Shown here: positions 1 through 8,141 of the stretch, in pieces
Layout of the letters: each line of letters begins with the position of its first letter
How positions within the stretch are numbered: the first letter of the stretch is position 1
From: Polyangiales bacterium
GTDB taxonomy: Bacteria; Myxococcota_A; Polyangia; Polyangiales; Polyangiaceae
NCBI GenBank assembly: GCA_038231275.1
Contig: JBBRLQ010000003.1
Location: 236,340 to 300,339, forward strand
Reading direction: 5' to 3'
Length of the DNA: 64,000 nucleotides
Notes under the pieces: generated by a model
Database searches by the model: none
What the model saw: only the letters and a program-made list of their open reading frames with translations
Told to the model about the DNA's origin: nothing
Program-made: the position numbers and the translations under genes

Positions 1-1
1 G

Positions 2-757
2 ATCCTGTTCACGGCCCCGACGATGTTTCGCGCCCTCGTCGATCTCGTCCCCAACTACGACCTGCGCTCGCTCACGAAGAGCGTGTCCGCCGGCGAGACG
101 CTCCCCGCCGTCACCTACGAAGCGTGGCGCAAGGCGACCGGCATTCGCATCATCGACGGCCTCGGTTCGACGGAGATGCTCCACATCTTCGTCGCGTGCG
201 CCGGCGACGACATCCGCCCTGGCGCCACCGGCAAGGCGCTCCGCGGCTACGAGGTGCGCGTGGTGGACGACACCCTCCAAACGGTGCCGCCGGGAACGAT
301 CGGCCGCCTCGCCGTGCGCGGCCCGACCGGCTGCCGCTACCTCGACGATCCCGAGCGTCAAGAGCTCTACGTGCAAGCCGGCTGGAACCTCACCGGCGAC
401 GCCTACAAGATGGACGAGGACGGCTACTTCTGGTTCCAGGCGCGCGCGGACGACATGATCATCTCCGCCGGCTACAACATCTCCGGTCCCGAGGTAGAGG
501 CGATCCTGCTCGAGCACCCCAAGGTGAAAGAGTGCGCCGTCGTCTCCGCGCCCGACGAAGCGCGCGGCTTCATCGTCAAAGCGTTCGTCGTCCTCCGCGA
601 CGCCGCCCACGCCAGCGACGCGACCACGAAAGAGCTCCAAGATCACGTCAAGACGACGATTGCACCCTACAAGTACCCGCGCGCCGTCGCGTACGTCGAC
701 GCGCTGCCGAAGACCGAGAACGGCAAGGTGCAGCGCTACAAGCTGCGCATCGGGTGA
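2..757 (+). CDS. AMP-dependent acyl-CoA synthetase/ligase, C-terminal part (5' end lies outside window)
   Basis: Frame open from window edge; translation carries AMP-binding C-terminal subdomain motifs (GLGSTE, YKMDEDGYFWFQARADDMIISAGYNI, C-terminal PKTENGKVQR lysine loop); strong GC3 bias. Confidence 0.85.
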   Translation: MLFTAPTMFRALVDLVPNYDLRSLTKSVSAGETLPAVTYEAWRKATGIRIIDGLGSTEMLHIFVACAGDDIRPGATGKALRGYEVRVVDDTLQTVPPGTIGRLAVRGPTGCRYLDDPERQELYVQAGWNLTGDAYKMDEDGYFWFQARADDMIISAGYNISGPEVEAILLEHPKVKECAVVSAPDEARGFIVKAFVVLRDAAHASDATTKELQDHVKTTIAPYKYPRAVAYVDALPKTENGKVQRYKLRIG

Positions 758-769
758 GCGGCTCGCGTC

Positions 770-1939
770 TCAGCCGCCGCGCATTGCGGTGACGGGGGAG
801 ATGCGCGCTGCGCGGACTGCGGGAAAGAATCCCCCGAGAACCCCCATTCCGGCGGCGAACAGGAGCGCCGTCAGGATAATGCGGGGCGTCGGATCGAAGC
901 TGAAGACGATCTCCGACCAGCTCGCAAAGTTCATCATCGAAAACTTCACCGCGCCCATGCCAAGGGACGCGATCACGCCGACGACGCCCCCGATCATCGC
1001 GAGCGCGATCGACTCGAGGAGGAACGACGTGAGGATGCTCCCACGGGAGAAGCCGAGCGCGCGGAGCGTGCCGATCTCGCGCTGGCGGTTCGCGACGGCG
1101 GCGTACATCGTGATCATGGCGCCAATCATCGCGCCGATCGAGAAGAACACCGAGATGAGCGTCCCCAGCGCGCTCACGAAGGTGCTGGTGCCCGACGACT
1201 GCTTCTCGAAATACTCCGTCTCGCGCATCGCGAGATAGCCGTATTGCTTGTCGCTCTCGATCGACATCTTGAAGGCGTCGAACGCCGCCGGCGAGTCCAG
1301 GCGCACGCGCACCGACGACGTGCTCGCGCCGCGGGAGTACGACGCACGGAGCGTGTCGACGTCGACCCACACCTCCGACTCGAACGACGAGCCGCCCGCC
1401 TCGAAGACGCCGACCACCTTCACGGGGCGGTTCTTGCGCAGATCGAACGACTCGCCGAGATCCGTCCCCTTGAAGCGGCCGCGGATGCGTTGGCCGACCA
1501 TGACCTCGTCGCTCCCAGGCTTGGGCGCTTGCCCTGCGACGACGTGCACTTCGGGGCGGAACTTCATCGCGTTCTCGGTCACGCCGCGGATCTGCACGTT
1601 CGTGAAGCCGCTCGCGCCGATCTTCTCCATCGCGCCGACGACGATGACCTCGCCCACGCCGAGCGGCACGCCCTTCTCGTCCTTCTTCACTCCAGGCGCC
1701 CCGAGGATGACGTTGACCGCCGACACGTCGAGCGTGCTGCTCAGCTCGTTGTCGCTGCCCTTGCGGAGGACGATCGCGTTGTCGTCGCGCCCCGAGACGC
1801 CGAGCGTCTTCTTGATGCCGGCCGAGAGCATGAGCGCCGCGGCGAGGACGAAGACGACGAGGGCGATGCCGAGCGCGGTGGCGACCGTGGTGGTCTTGCG
1901 GACGGCGAGGCTGCGCAAATTGTAACGAATGGGGATCAT
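770..1939 (-). CDS. ABC transporter permease, FtsX/MacB-LolE type
   Basis: 390 aa from MIPIRYNLRSL; N-terminal TM helix, periplasmic domain, C-terminal FtsX 3-TM bundle; start codon overlaps stop of upstream permease (ATGA); the longer 739-aa ORF is an R-rich spurious upstream extension. Confidence 0.85.
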   Translation of the reverse strand: MIPIRYNLRSLAVRKTTTVATALGIALVVFVLAAALMLSAGIKKTLGVSGRDDNAIVLRKGSDNELSSTLDVSAVNVILGAPGVKKDEKGVPLGVGEVIVVGAMEKIGASGFTNVQIRGVTENAMKFRPEVHVVAGQAPKPGSDEVMVGQRIRGRFKGTDLGESFDLRKNRPVKVVGVFEAGGSSFESEVWVDVDTLRASYSRGASTSSVRVRLDSPAAFDAFKMSIESDKQYGYLAMRETEYFEKQSSGTSTFVSALGTLISVFFSIGAMIGAMITMYAAVANRQREIGTLRALGFSRGSILTSFLLESIALAMIGGVVGVIASLGMGAVKFSMMNFASWSEIVFSFDPTPRIILTALLFAAGMGVLGGFFPAVRAARISPVTAMRGG

Positions 1940-3111
1940 CAGGCCACCCTCCGGAGCGCGTCCACGACCTTGAGCTTGGAGGCGCGGTACGCCGGGATCG
2001 CCGCGGCGACCCCGCCGAGGCCCAGCGCCAAGAACATGGCGGCGACGGTCGCCTTCGGATCGATCCGGAAATAAGGGAAGTAGGACCCCATGTTCTCCTC
2101 GATCCAGCGTCCCATCCCTTCTTGCACGAACGGATAGGCGAGGGCGATCCCGAGCGCGCCGCCGAGGGCCGCGATCAGCATCGACTCGACGGCGATGAAC
2201 ATCGCGATGTGCGAGCCGCTGAAGCCGAGCGCCTTCATGACGCCGTACTCGTTGGTGCGCTCGCGGACGCCCATCGCGATCGTGTTGCCGAGGACGAGCA
2301 TCATGATGACGAGGATGACGATCGAGATGATGTCCACCGCCGTGAGGATCGCCGAGAACATCGCGAGGAACGACGCGTTGAAGGAGTGCTCGTCCTGGCT
2401 GAGCGTCTGCGTCTCCTTCTCGTCGAAGATTTTGTCGAGCGCGACGCCGATCGAGGCCGATTGCGACGGCTCGTCGACGCGGCTCACCACCCAGCCGATC
2501 GTGTCTTTCCGGTTCTGCGGGAGGTTGTCGTTCAGGTAGTCCCAGCGGAAGAGGAGCGTGGAGCGGTCCACGACCTTCGATTTGGCCTCGTAGATGCCGA
2601 CGATGTGCAAATCCCAATCGCCGATCTTCGGGTAGATGCCGCTCGTGAGGATGATCTTGTCCCCGATCTTCCAGCCCATCTTCTTGGCGAGCACGTCGCC
2701 GACGATCGCGGCCTGGGGATCGTGGAGGAAGGTGTCGAGCTGGTCCTTCTGGACGGCGACGTCGTCGTAGACCTGGAAGTAGGTCGTCGGGTCGATGGCG
2801 AGCGTCGCGAAGAACTCGTGGTCGTGCTTCTCGTCTTTGCCGCCGAACCAGTTCGAGTACGTCGCCACCTTGATGTGGGGCGCGGCGCGCACGTCGTTGA
2901 TGTAGCGGAGCGGCAGCGGCTGCACGAACGTGATCTTGTGGCGGGTGACGACGCGATCCTTCGACGCGTACTCGGCGCCGGAGGTCCACGCGAAGACGAT
3001 GGTGCGCAGAAGAAGGAACGTGAGGATCGCCACGGCCACGCCGAGGACGGTCAGGACCGCGCGGAATTTGTTCCTGAGGACGTTCCGCGCCGCGAGCGAC
3101 GCGAGGTTCAC
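1939..3111 (-). CDS. ABC transporter permease, FtsX/MacB-LolC type
   Basis: 390 aa, MNLASLAARNVLRNKFRAVLTVLGVAVAIL... typical FtsX-family topology; abuts ATPase gene. Confidence 0.85.
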   Translation of the reverse strand: MNLASLAARNVLRNKFRAVLTVLGVAVAILTFLLLRTIVFAWTSGAEYASKDRVVTRHKITFVQPLPLRYINDVRAAPHIKVATYSNWFGGKDEKHDHEFFATLAIDPTTYFQVYDDVAVQKDQLDTFLHDPQAAIVGDVLAKKMGWKIGDKIILTSGIYPKIGDWDLHIVGIYEAKSKVVDRSTLLFRWDYLNDNLPQNRKDTIGWVVSRVDEPSQSASIGVALDKIFDEKETQTLSQDEHSFNASFLAMFSAILTAVDIISIVILVIMMLVLGNTIAMGVRERTNEYGVMKALGFSGSHIAMFIAVESMLIAALGGALGIALAYPFVQEGMGRWIEENMGSYFPYFRIDPKATVAAMFLALGLGGVAAAIPAYRASKLKVVDALRRVA

Positions 3112-3854
3112 TTGAACGCGCCCTTGTCGAGGTGGCGGATGATCTTCGCGCGCTCGGCGGCGGCGGGATCGTGGGTGACCATCACGATGGTCTTGCCGAG
3201 CTGCTCGTTCAGCTTCTGGAGCAGGTTCAGGATTTCGTCAGCGCTCGTGCGGTCGAGATCGCCCGTCGGCTCGTCGGCGACGATGATCGCCGGATCGTTC
3301 ACGATGGCGCGCGCGATGGCGACGCGCTGCTCTTGCCCGCCCGAGAGCTGGCGGGGGAAGTGCGTGCTGCGGTCTTCGAGGCCGACCACGCGGAGCGCCG
3401 TCTGCGCGCGCTTGCGACGCTCGCCGCTCGCGACCGACGTGAGGAGGAGCGGGAGCTCGACGTTCTCGACCGCCGTGAGGACGGGCAGGAGGTTGTAGCT
3501 CTGGAACACGAAGCCGATCGTGTTCGAACGCCATTTGGCGAGCTCGCCCTCGCTCATCTTGTCGAGGCGCTTGCCGTCGATCTCGAGTGAGCCGCTCGTC
3601 GGGCGATCGAGGCCGGCGATGAGGTTGAGGAGCGTGGATTTGCCGGATCCCGACGGACCCATGAGCGCCTCGAACGAGCCCTTGGGCACGTCGAGATCGA
3701 GGCCGTCCAGGATGCGGAGCTTCTCGCCGCCGCGCTCGTACGTCTTGCCGATGCCGCGGAGCTTGATGAGGATCTCGGCCTTCTCGCCGGCCTCCTCGGT
3801 CTTCTTCTTTGCGGCGCTCTTGCCGTTGCCGGCCTCGGTCGTGGCTTCGGTCAT
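3108..3854 (-). CDS. ABC transporter ATP-binding protein (MacB-N/LolD-like)
   Basis: 248 aa from MTEATTEA; Walker A GPSGSGKST, signature LSGGQEQR, Walker B IVADEPTGDLD, H-loop VTHD; ATGA overlap with upstream MFP gene. Confidence 0.9.
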   Translation of the reverse strand: MTEATTEAGNGKSAAKKKTEEAGEKAEILIKLRGIGKTYERGGEKLRILDGLDLDVPKGSFEALMGPSGSGKSTLLNLIAGLDRPTSGSLEIDGKRLDKMSEGELAKWRSNTIGFVFQSYNLLPVLTAVENVELPLLLTSVASGERRKRAQTALRVVGLEDRSTHFPRQLSGGQEQRVAIARAIVNDPAIIVADEPTGDLDRTSADEILNLLQKLNEQLGKTIVMVTHDPAAAERAKIIRHLDKGAFK

Positions 3855-5110
3855 GACTCCCCTTTTTCTTTGATGGGTTGCCCGTCGACGAGCGCCGCGG
3901 GCGGACTCTTGATGATCTTGGTGCCGGCCGCGGGGCCGTTGAGCAGCTCGAAGCCGCCGGCGAGGGCGGGGCCGAGCGTGATGGTGACGAGGTGCGCCTT
4001 GCCGCTCTCGACGGTGAACGCGACCTTGGCGCCGGCGCGCTCGGCGACGGCGGAGGCCGGGATGACCTTCTTCGGCGGCTCTTTCAGCTGGCTTTCTTCG
4101 AGCGCTTTGGTGAGGAAGCTCACGCGCGCCGCCATCTCGGGGAGCGCGCCGCTCTCGGCATCGATGAAGCGCACCTTCACGGTGCCGCTCGCCTTGGCGC
4201 GGTTGAGGCGCGGGCTCACCTCCACGATCTCGCCTCGCTTGCGCTTGTCGGGGAACGCGTCGAGGACGACCTCGCACGGGCCCTTCGGCTTCACTTGACC
4301 GAGGCGCGCCTCGGGAACGTCGACCTCGACGAGGAGCGACGCGAAATCGGCGAGCTGCACGAGCTCGGCGTTGACGCTCACGACGTCCCCGAGGGCGGCG
4401 GGCTTGGTGACGGCGGTGCCGTCGATCGGCGAGGGGATCGTCATGTTGCCGAGGTTCACGACGAGCGAGCTCATCTCGGCCTGCGCGGCGGAGGCCTCGG
4501 CGTCGGCGGCAGCGGCCTCGGCGTCGGAGGCGCGGACCTGCTCGCCCAACGCCTTCACGCGCGCGCCGAGATCGTCGGCGGTCGCGGGGGAGACGGCGCC
4601 CGAGGCAACGAGCTTCTTCTGGCGCTCCCATTGCAGCTCGATCTCGGCCACGTTCGCCTTTGCGACCATGACGCGCGCGCGTGCGGTCTGCGCGCGGGCA
4701 CGTGCGGCGGCGACGCGGGCCTGCGCGGCAGCGACCGCGCTCTTCTGATCCGACGGATCGAGCTCGAATAGGATTTGCCCCGCCTTGACGCGGTCGCCCT
4801 CGCGCACGTTCACCTTCGCGATGCGTCCGACGACCTTCGCGCCGACCTTGGCGATGACCTGCGGGACGACGTACCCGGTGGCGCTCAGATCGACGGTCGC
4901 CTGCGCGGGCGAGACCATCGCGATCTCGGTCGTCTCGATCTCCGTCTTGAAGACCTTGCCTTCGAAATACGGCACCGCGACTTTGACGCCGACGACGGCG
5001 GTCACCAACAGCGCGCCCGCGACGATCCACCGGCCGAGCCTGCGCGGCGGCGGCGGCTCGTCGCGCGAGATGCGGAGCGAGGCCAGATCGCTGGAGAGTT
5101 GGTCGTTCAT
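3851..5110 (-). CDS. Efflux periplasmic adaptor (HlyD/MacA-family membrane fusion protein)
   Basis: 419 aa; N-terminal TM anchor, coiled-coil with Ala/Arg/Gln heptads, biotinyl-lipoyl-like and beta-barrel segments typical of MFPs. Confidence 0.85.
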   Translation of the reverse strand: MNDQLSSDLASLRISRDEPPPPRRLGRWIVAGALLVTAVVGVKVAVPYFEGKVFKTEIETTEIAMVSPAQATVDLSATGYVVPQVIAKVGAKVVGRIAKVNVREGDRVKAGQILFELDPSDQKSAVAAAQARVAAARARAQTARARVMVAKANVAEIELQWERQKKLVASGAVSPATADDLGARVKALGEQVRASDAEAAAADAEASAAQAEMSSLVVNLGNMTIPSPIDGTAVTKPAALGDVVSVNAELVQLADFASLLVEVDVPEARLGQVKPKGPCEVVLDAFPDKRKRGEIVEVSPRLNRAKASGTVKVRFIDAESGALPEMAARVSFLTKALEESQLKEPPKKVIPASAVAERAGAKVAFTVESGKAHLVTITLGPALAGGFELLNGPAAGTKIIKSPPAALVDGQPIKEKGES

Positions 5111-5125
5111 TCCTTGCGGACGTGG

Positions 5126-6754
5126 TTAGTCGGCCTGCGGCGCGAGGGCGAGCTTGTTTTTCGCCATCTTGCCGACCTTGGCGCGCCCGGCCTTTTTCAC
5201 GACCTCGCTGAGGAGCTCGCGCCCGAGCGGGTGGCGCCCTTCGACGAAGTGGAAGCCGAGGTAATACATCTCCTCCGGTCCGACCGCGCGATCGCGGCGA
5301 AGCGCGCCGGCGAGATCGTAGCCGCGCGAGAGGAGCGTGGAGAGCTGACGCAGCGCCTCATCGGTCGCGCGCGCGCCGGCGCGGGTGTCCTTCGCGCTCT
5401 TGGCGAGCTCCAGCGACGCGAGGAGGTAGCGGTCGTCGTCGGTCGCGCGATCGGTTTTGCAAAGGAGGCGCAGGACCGTCGCCGCCTTGTCGTCGCCCTT
5501 CTTGCGGAGCTTGTTCCCGAGCTCGCGCAGCGCCTTCGCCACCGCGTCGGGATCGGCGTCGCGCACGACGTCGAGCATCGCCTCCCATCCGCGCTCCGCG
5601 TCGCCGATCTTCTCGATCGCCTGATCGAGCAGCTGCTTGCGAATGGCGGGGCTCATCTTCTTGGCGCTGGGGCGTAGGACGTTGCGGATCATCCAGCCGC
5701 GATCGGCGTCCTCGGTCTCGAGGAGCGCCTTGGCGAGGAGCGGCACGGCTTCCTCCTTTCCGGTCAGCGCCTGCGCGGCGAGCTCGGCACGTCGGCGGTC
5801 GACCGACGAAAGTAGCTTGACCAAGACCTTCGCGGCGTCGCCTCCACCTTGCCGACCGAGCTGATCGATCACGAAGCGCGCGCGTTCGAGGTCCGGGTGC
5901 ACGACGAGCTGCTCGAGGAGCTTGGTGACGGCGGCGTTCGAGGGCAAATTCAGGCTTCCCAGCGTGTGCAGCGCCGTGTGCGCGAGCGTGCGATCGGGCG
6001 AGCCGGCGCACTCGAGGAGAACGTCGACGACCTTGGGCGCGTCCTTCTCGCCTTTGAGCGTGAAGCGCAGCGCGATGAGCGCCTCTTGCCGGACGCTGTG
6101 CGGCGCCTTCGCGTCGCGCGCGTACGCCAGCAGCGTCGCCATCGCCTTCTCGTCCTCCAGGTACCCGAGGATCTTGATCGCCGCCGCCATCGCGGCCTCG
6201 CTCTTCTGGTCCTTGGCCTTCTTTTGCTTCTCGAGGAACTTCTCGGTCTCGGTGAGGTAGCTGCGGCGGCGGTTGCCGTCGGCCTCTTTGATGCGCTGGC
6301 GCATCGCGATGGCGGCGCTCTTGGCGGCCTCACCGTCGGATCCGGCGAGCCCGGCGAGGAGCGCCGTGAACGCGTCCTTTCCGCCGAGCAGCGCGAGGAC
6401 GTGATCGAGGGCGCGGTGCTCGTCGGGCGTCGCGTTGGCCATGCGCGTGCGGATGATCGGCACGACCTCTTCGCCGACGCTCGCGATCGCGCGCGCGGCG
6501 CTCTTCTTCACGTCCTCCTCGCGCGAAGCGAGGAGAGGGAAGATCTTGGGGAGCGCCTTCCTCGCGCCGACCCGCGCGAGCGCCTCGAGCGCGTGGTGCT
6601 GAAGGAGCGGGATGCCGCTATCGAGCTTCGCGGCGAGCGCCTCCACGACCTCGGGCCCTTTGGCGCGGAGCTCGCCGAGCACGATCGCCGCGGCGATCTG
6701 CTTCTCGATGGCCTCGTCCCCCAGGAGCCCCACGATTTTGCCGATTTCGCTCAT
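5126..6754 (-). CDS. HEAT/PBS-lyase-like repeat protein
   Basis: 542 aa, repeated ~30-aa helical units (…ALEALARVGARKALPKIFPLL…, …SVRQEALIALRF…); good GC3; 16 bp upstream of MFP gene, same strand. Confidence 0.75.
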   Translation of the reverse strand: MSEIGKIVGLLGDEAIEKQIAAAIVLGELRAKGPEVVEALAAKLDSGIPLLQHHALEALARVGARKALPKIFPLLASREEDVKKSAARAIASVGEEVVPIIRTRMANATPDEHRALDHVLALLGGKDAFTALLAGLAGSDGEAAKSAAIAMRQRIKEADGNRRRSYLTETEKFLEKQKKAKDQKSEAAMAAAIKILGYLEDEKAMATLLAYARDAKAPHSVRQEALIALRFTLKGEKDAPKVVDVLLECAGSPDRTLAHTALHTLGSLNLPSNAAVTKLLEQLVVHPDLERARFVIDQLGRQGGGDAAKVLVKLLSSVDRRRAELAAQALTGKEEAVPLLAKALLETEDADRGWMIRNVLRPSAKKMSPAIRKQLLDQAIEKIGDAERGWEAMLDVVRDADPDAVAKALRELGNKLRKKGDDKAATVLRLLCKTDRATDDDRYLLASLELAKSAKDTRAGARATDEALRQLSTLLSRGYDLAGALRRDRAVGPEEMYYLGFHFVEGRHPLGRELLSEVVKKAGRAKVGKMAKNKLALAPQAD

Positions 6755-6836
6755 CGGCGCGGGATGATGCCGCCAAAAAGGGCAGGATCAAGCCAAAAGC
6801 GCGCAGAGACCGCCCGGACGACCGGAAAAAACGCCC

Positions 6837-7259
6837 TTACGCCGCGTCGACGAGCGCCACGACGCGCTTCGCGACGAGCTGGCCGAGGAGGCGGAGGACC
6901 TCCAGCATCGAGAGGCCCGCGACGTCGAAGAGCTGCTCGATGGGCGCGACGCCGTCCACGAGCGAGAGGAGGAAGCCCTCCCGATGGTCGAGCGAATAGT
7001 GGTGAATTTGGCTACGGAGCGCGATGACGACCGGCACCCGGCGCTTGCCCATCAGGTCGTCGGCGATCGCCAGCGCCCCCAGGAAGTCTCCCCGATCGAA
7101 GAACTCCTGCATCCTGCCGATCAACGCGTTTCCCGAGTCGTCGACCCGCTGGATGCCCGACGGGCGCCGCTCGAGGGCGGGAGGCCGGGCGGTGGGGCGT
7201 TGCGAGACGCGGGCCGCGTCGTTGTCGTAGTCCAAGGCGGAGCGATAGGCAGCTGACAT
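6837..7259 (-). CDS. Hypothetical protein
   Basis: 140 aa from MSAAYRS; coding-like C-terminal half (…FLLSLVDGVAPIEQLFDVAGLSMLEVLRLLGQL…); upstream part of the 237-aa ORF is R-rich and rejected. Confidence 0.5.
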   Translation of the reverse strand: MSAAYRSALDYDNDAARVSQRPTARPPALERRPSGIQRVDDSGNALIGRMQEFFDRGDFLGALAIADDLMGKRRVPVVIALRSQIHHYSLDHREGFLLSLVDGVAPIEQLFDVAGLSMLEVLRLLGQLVAKRVVALVDAA

Positions 7260-7501
7260 GGGTGCTCCCGTTTGGGCGTGGGCTTCCGTGTAGAGCAACG
7301 AAGATGCCGACGACGGCGTGTCACGTCCCGTGCCTCTGTTACGGCCACTTCGCGAAGAAGATGGGCCCCCCAACGACGCCCTGCGACAATCTCTTGACGG
7401 AACGGTGTTGGATTCTCGGCGGTCTCGGAGCCGTTCCGGCGCGCAGTCCTTTCGCGGGAGATGCGTTGCATGCGTCGCGCCGTCGTCTAGGCTCCCCGTC
7501 C

Positions 7502-8131
7502 GTGGAGCTCGTTCGAATCGGAGCGACCGCGGCGAGGCTCGTCGCGTCACGTGACGAGGTAGAGGAGGCGCGCCAAAGGTATGCGCGTGACCACTTCCTC
7601 GCCCTTGGCGGGCTCCTCGACCCTGGGCTCCTGACGACCGTTCGCGCCCATGTCGAGGAGGCGTCCTTCCACGCCCTCGAGGCGTGCGGCACCGAGCAGC
7701 GCCTGGACAACGGTCGCGCGTTCGACCTCATGGAATTCTTGCTGAACGATCGGACCGTGACCGCCGCGATCGAGGACGTCACCGCGTGCGGCCCGATCGG
7801 CTGCTATCAGGGGCGGATTTATCGGATGGGGTCCGAGCACGTCGCCGAGTGGCACAACGACGTCGTCGACACGCGCCTGGTCGCGCTCACCATCAACGTC
7901 AGCGATGCTCCATATCAGGGGGGCGGCGTGGCCATCCGTGAGGTCGGGACCGGCCGGATCGTCGACGTCCCCGCACCGGCAATCGGCGACGGCGTGATCT
8001 TCCGCATTGGTGACGACCTCACGCACCGGAACGCCCCGATCGTTGGACCGGTGGAAAAGACCGCCGTGGCCGGGTGGTTTCGTCGTGAGCCACGCTTCAA
8101 AGACCTCCTCTTTTCGAGGATCGGGCGCTAG
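7502..8131 (+). CDS. 2OG-Fe(II) oxygenase superfamily-like protein
   Basis: GTG start after a 243-bp lower-GC divergent intergenic region; HxD (WHND) … H (LTHRN) spacing typical of prolyl-4-hydroxylase-like 2OG oxygenases. Confidence 0.55.
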   Translation: MELVRIGATAARLVASRDEVEEARQRYARDHFLALGGLLDPGLLTTVRAHVEEASFHALEACGTEQRLDNGRAFDLMEFLLNDRTVTAAIEDVTACGPIGCYQGRIYRMGSEHVAEWHNDVVDTRLVALTINVSDAPYQGGGVAIREVGTGRIVDVPAPAIGDGVIFRIGDDLTHRNAPIVGPVEKTAVAGWFRREPRFKDLLFSRIGR

Positions 8132-8141
8132 AACACGGAAC

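Noticed and set aside
124-1370. ORFs 124..792(+), 648..1370(-), 660..1238(+)
   Set aside because: Alternative frames of the acyl-CoA ligase and permease genes; R/P-rich, no motifs
7262-7501. N-terminal extension of ORF 7262..8131
   Set aside because: Region is lower-GC intergenic-like (divergent promoter region); coding signal begins at GTG 7502
7505-7530. tRNA-like T-loop sequence GTTCGAATC
   Set aside because: Flanking bases give only 3 bp of T-stem pairing and no acceptor/D/anticodon arms; lies inside a CDS start
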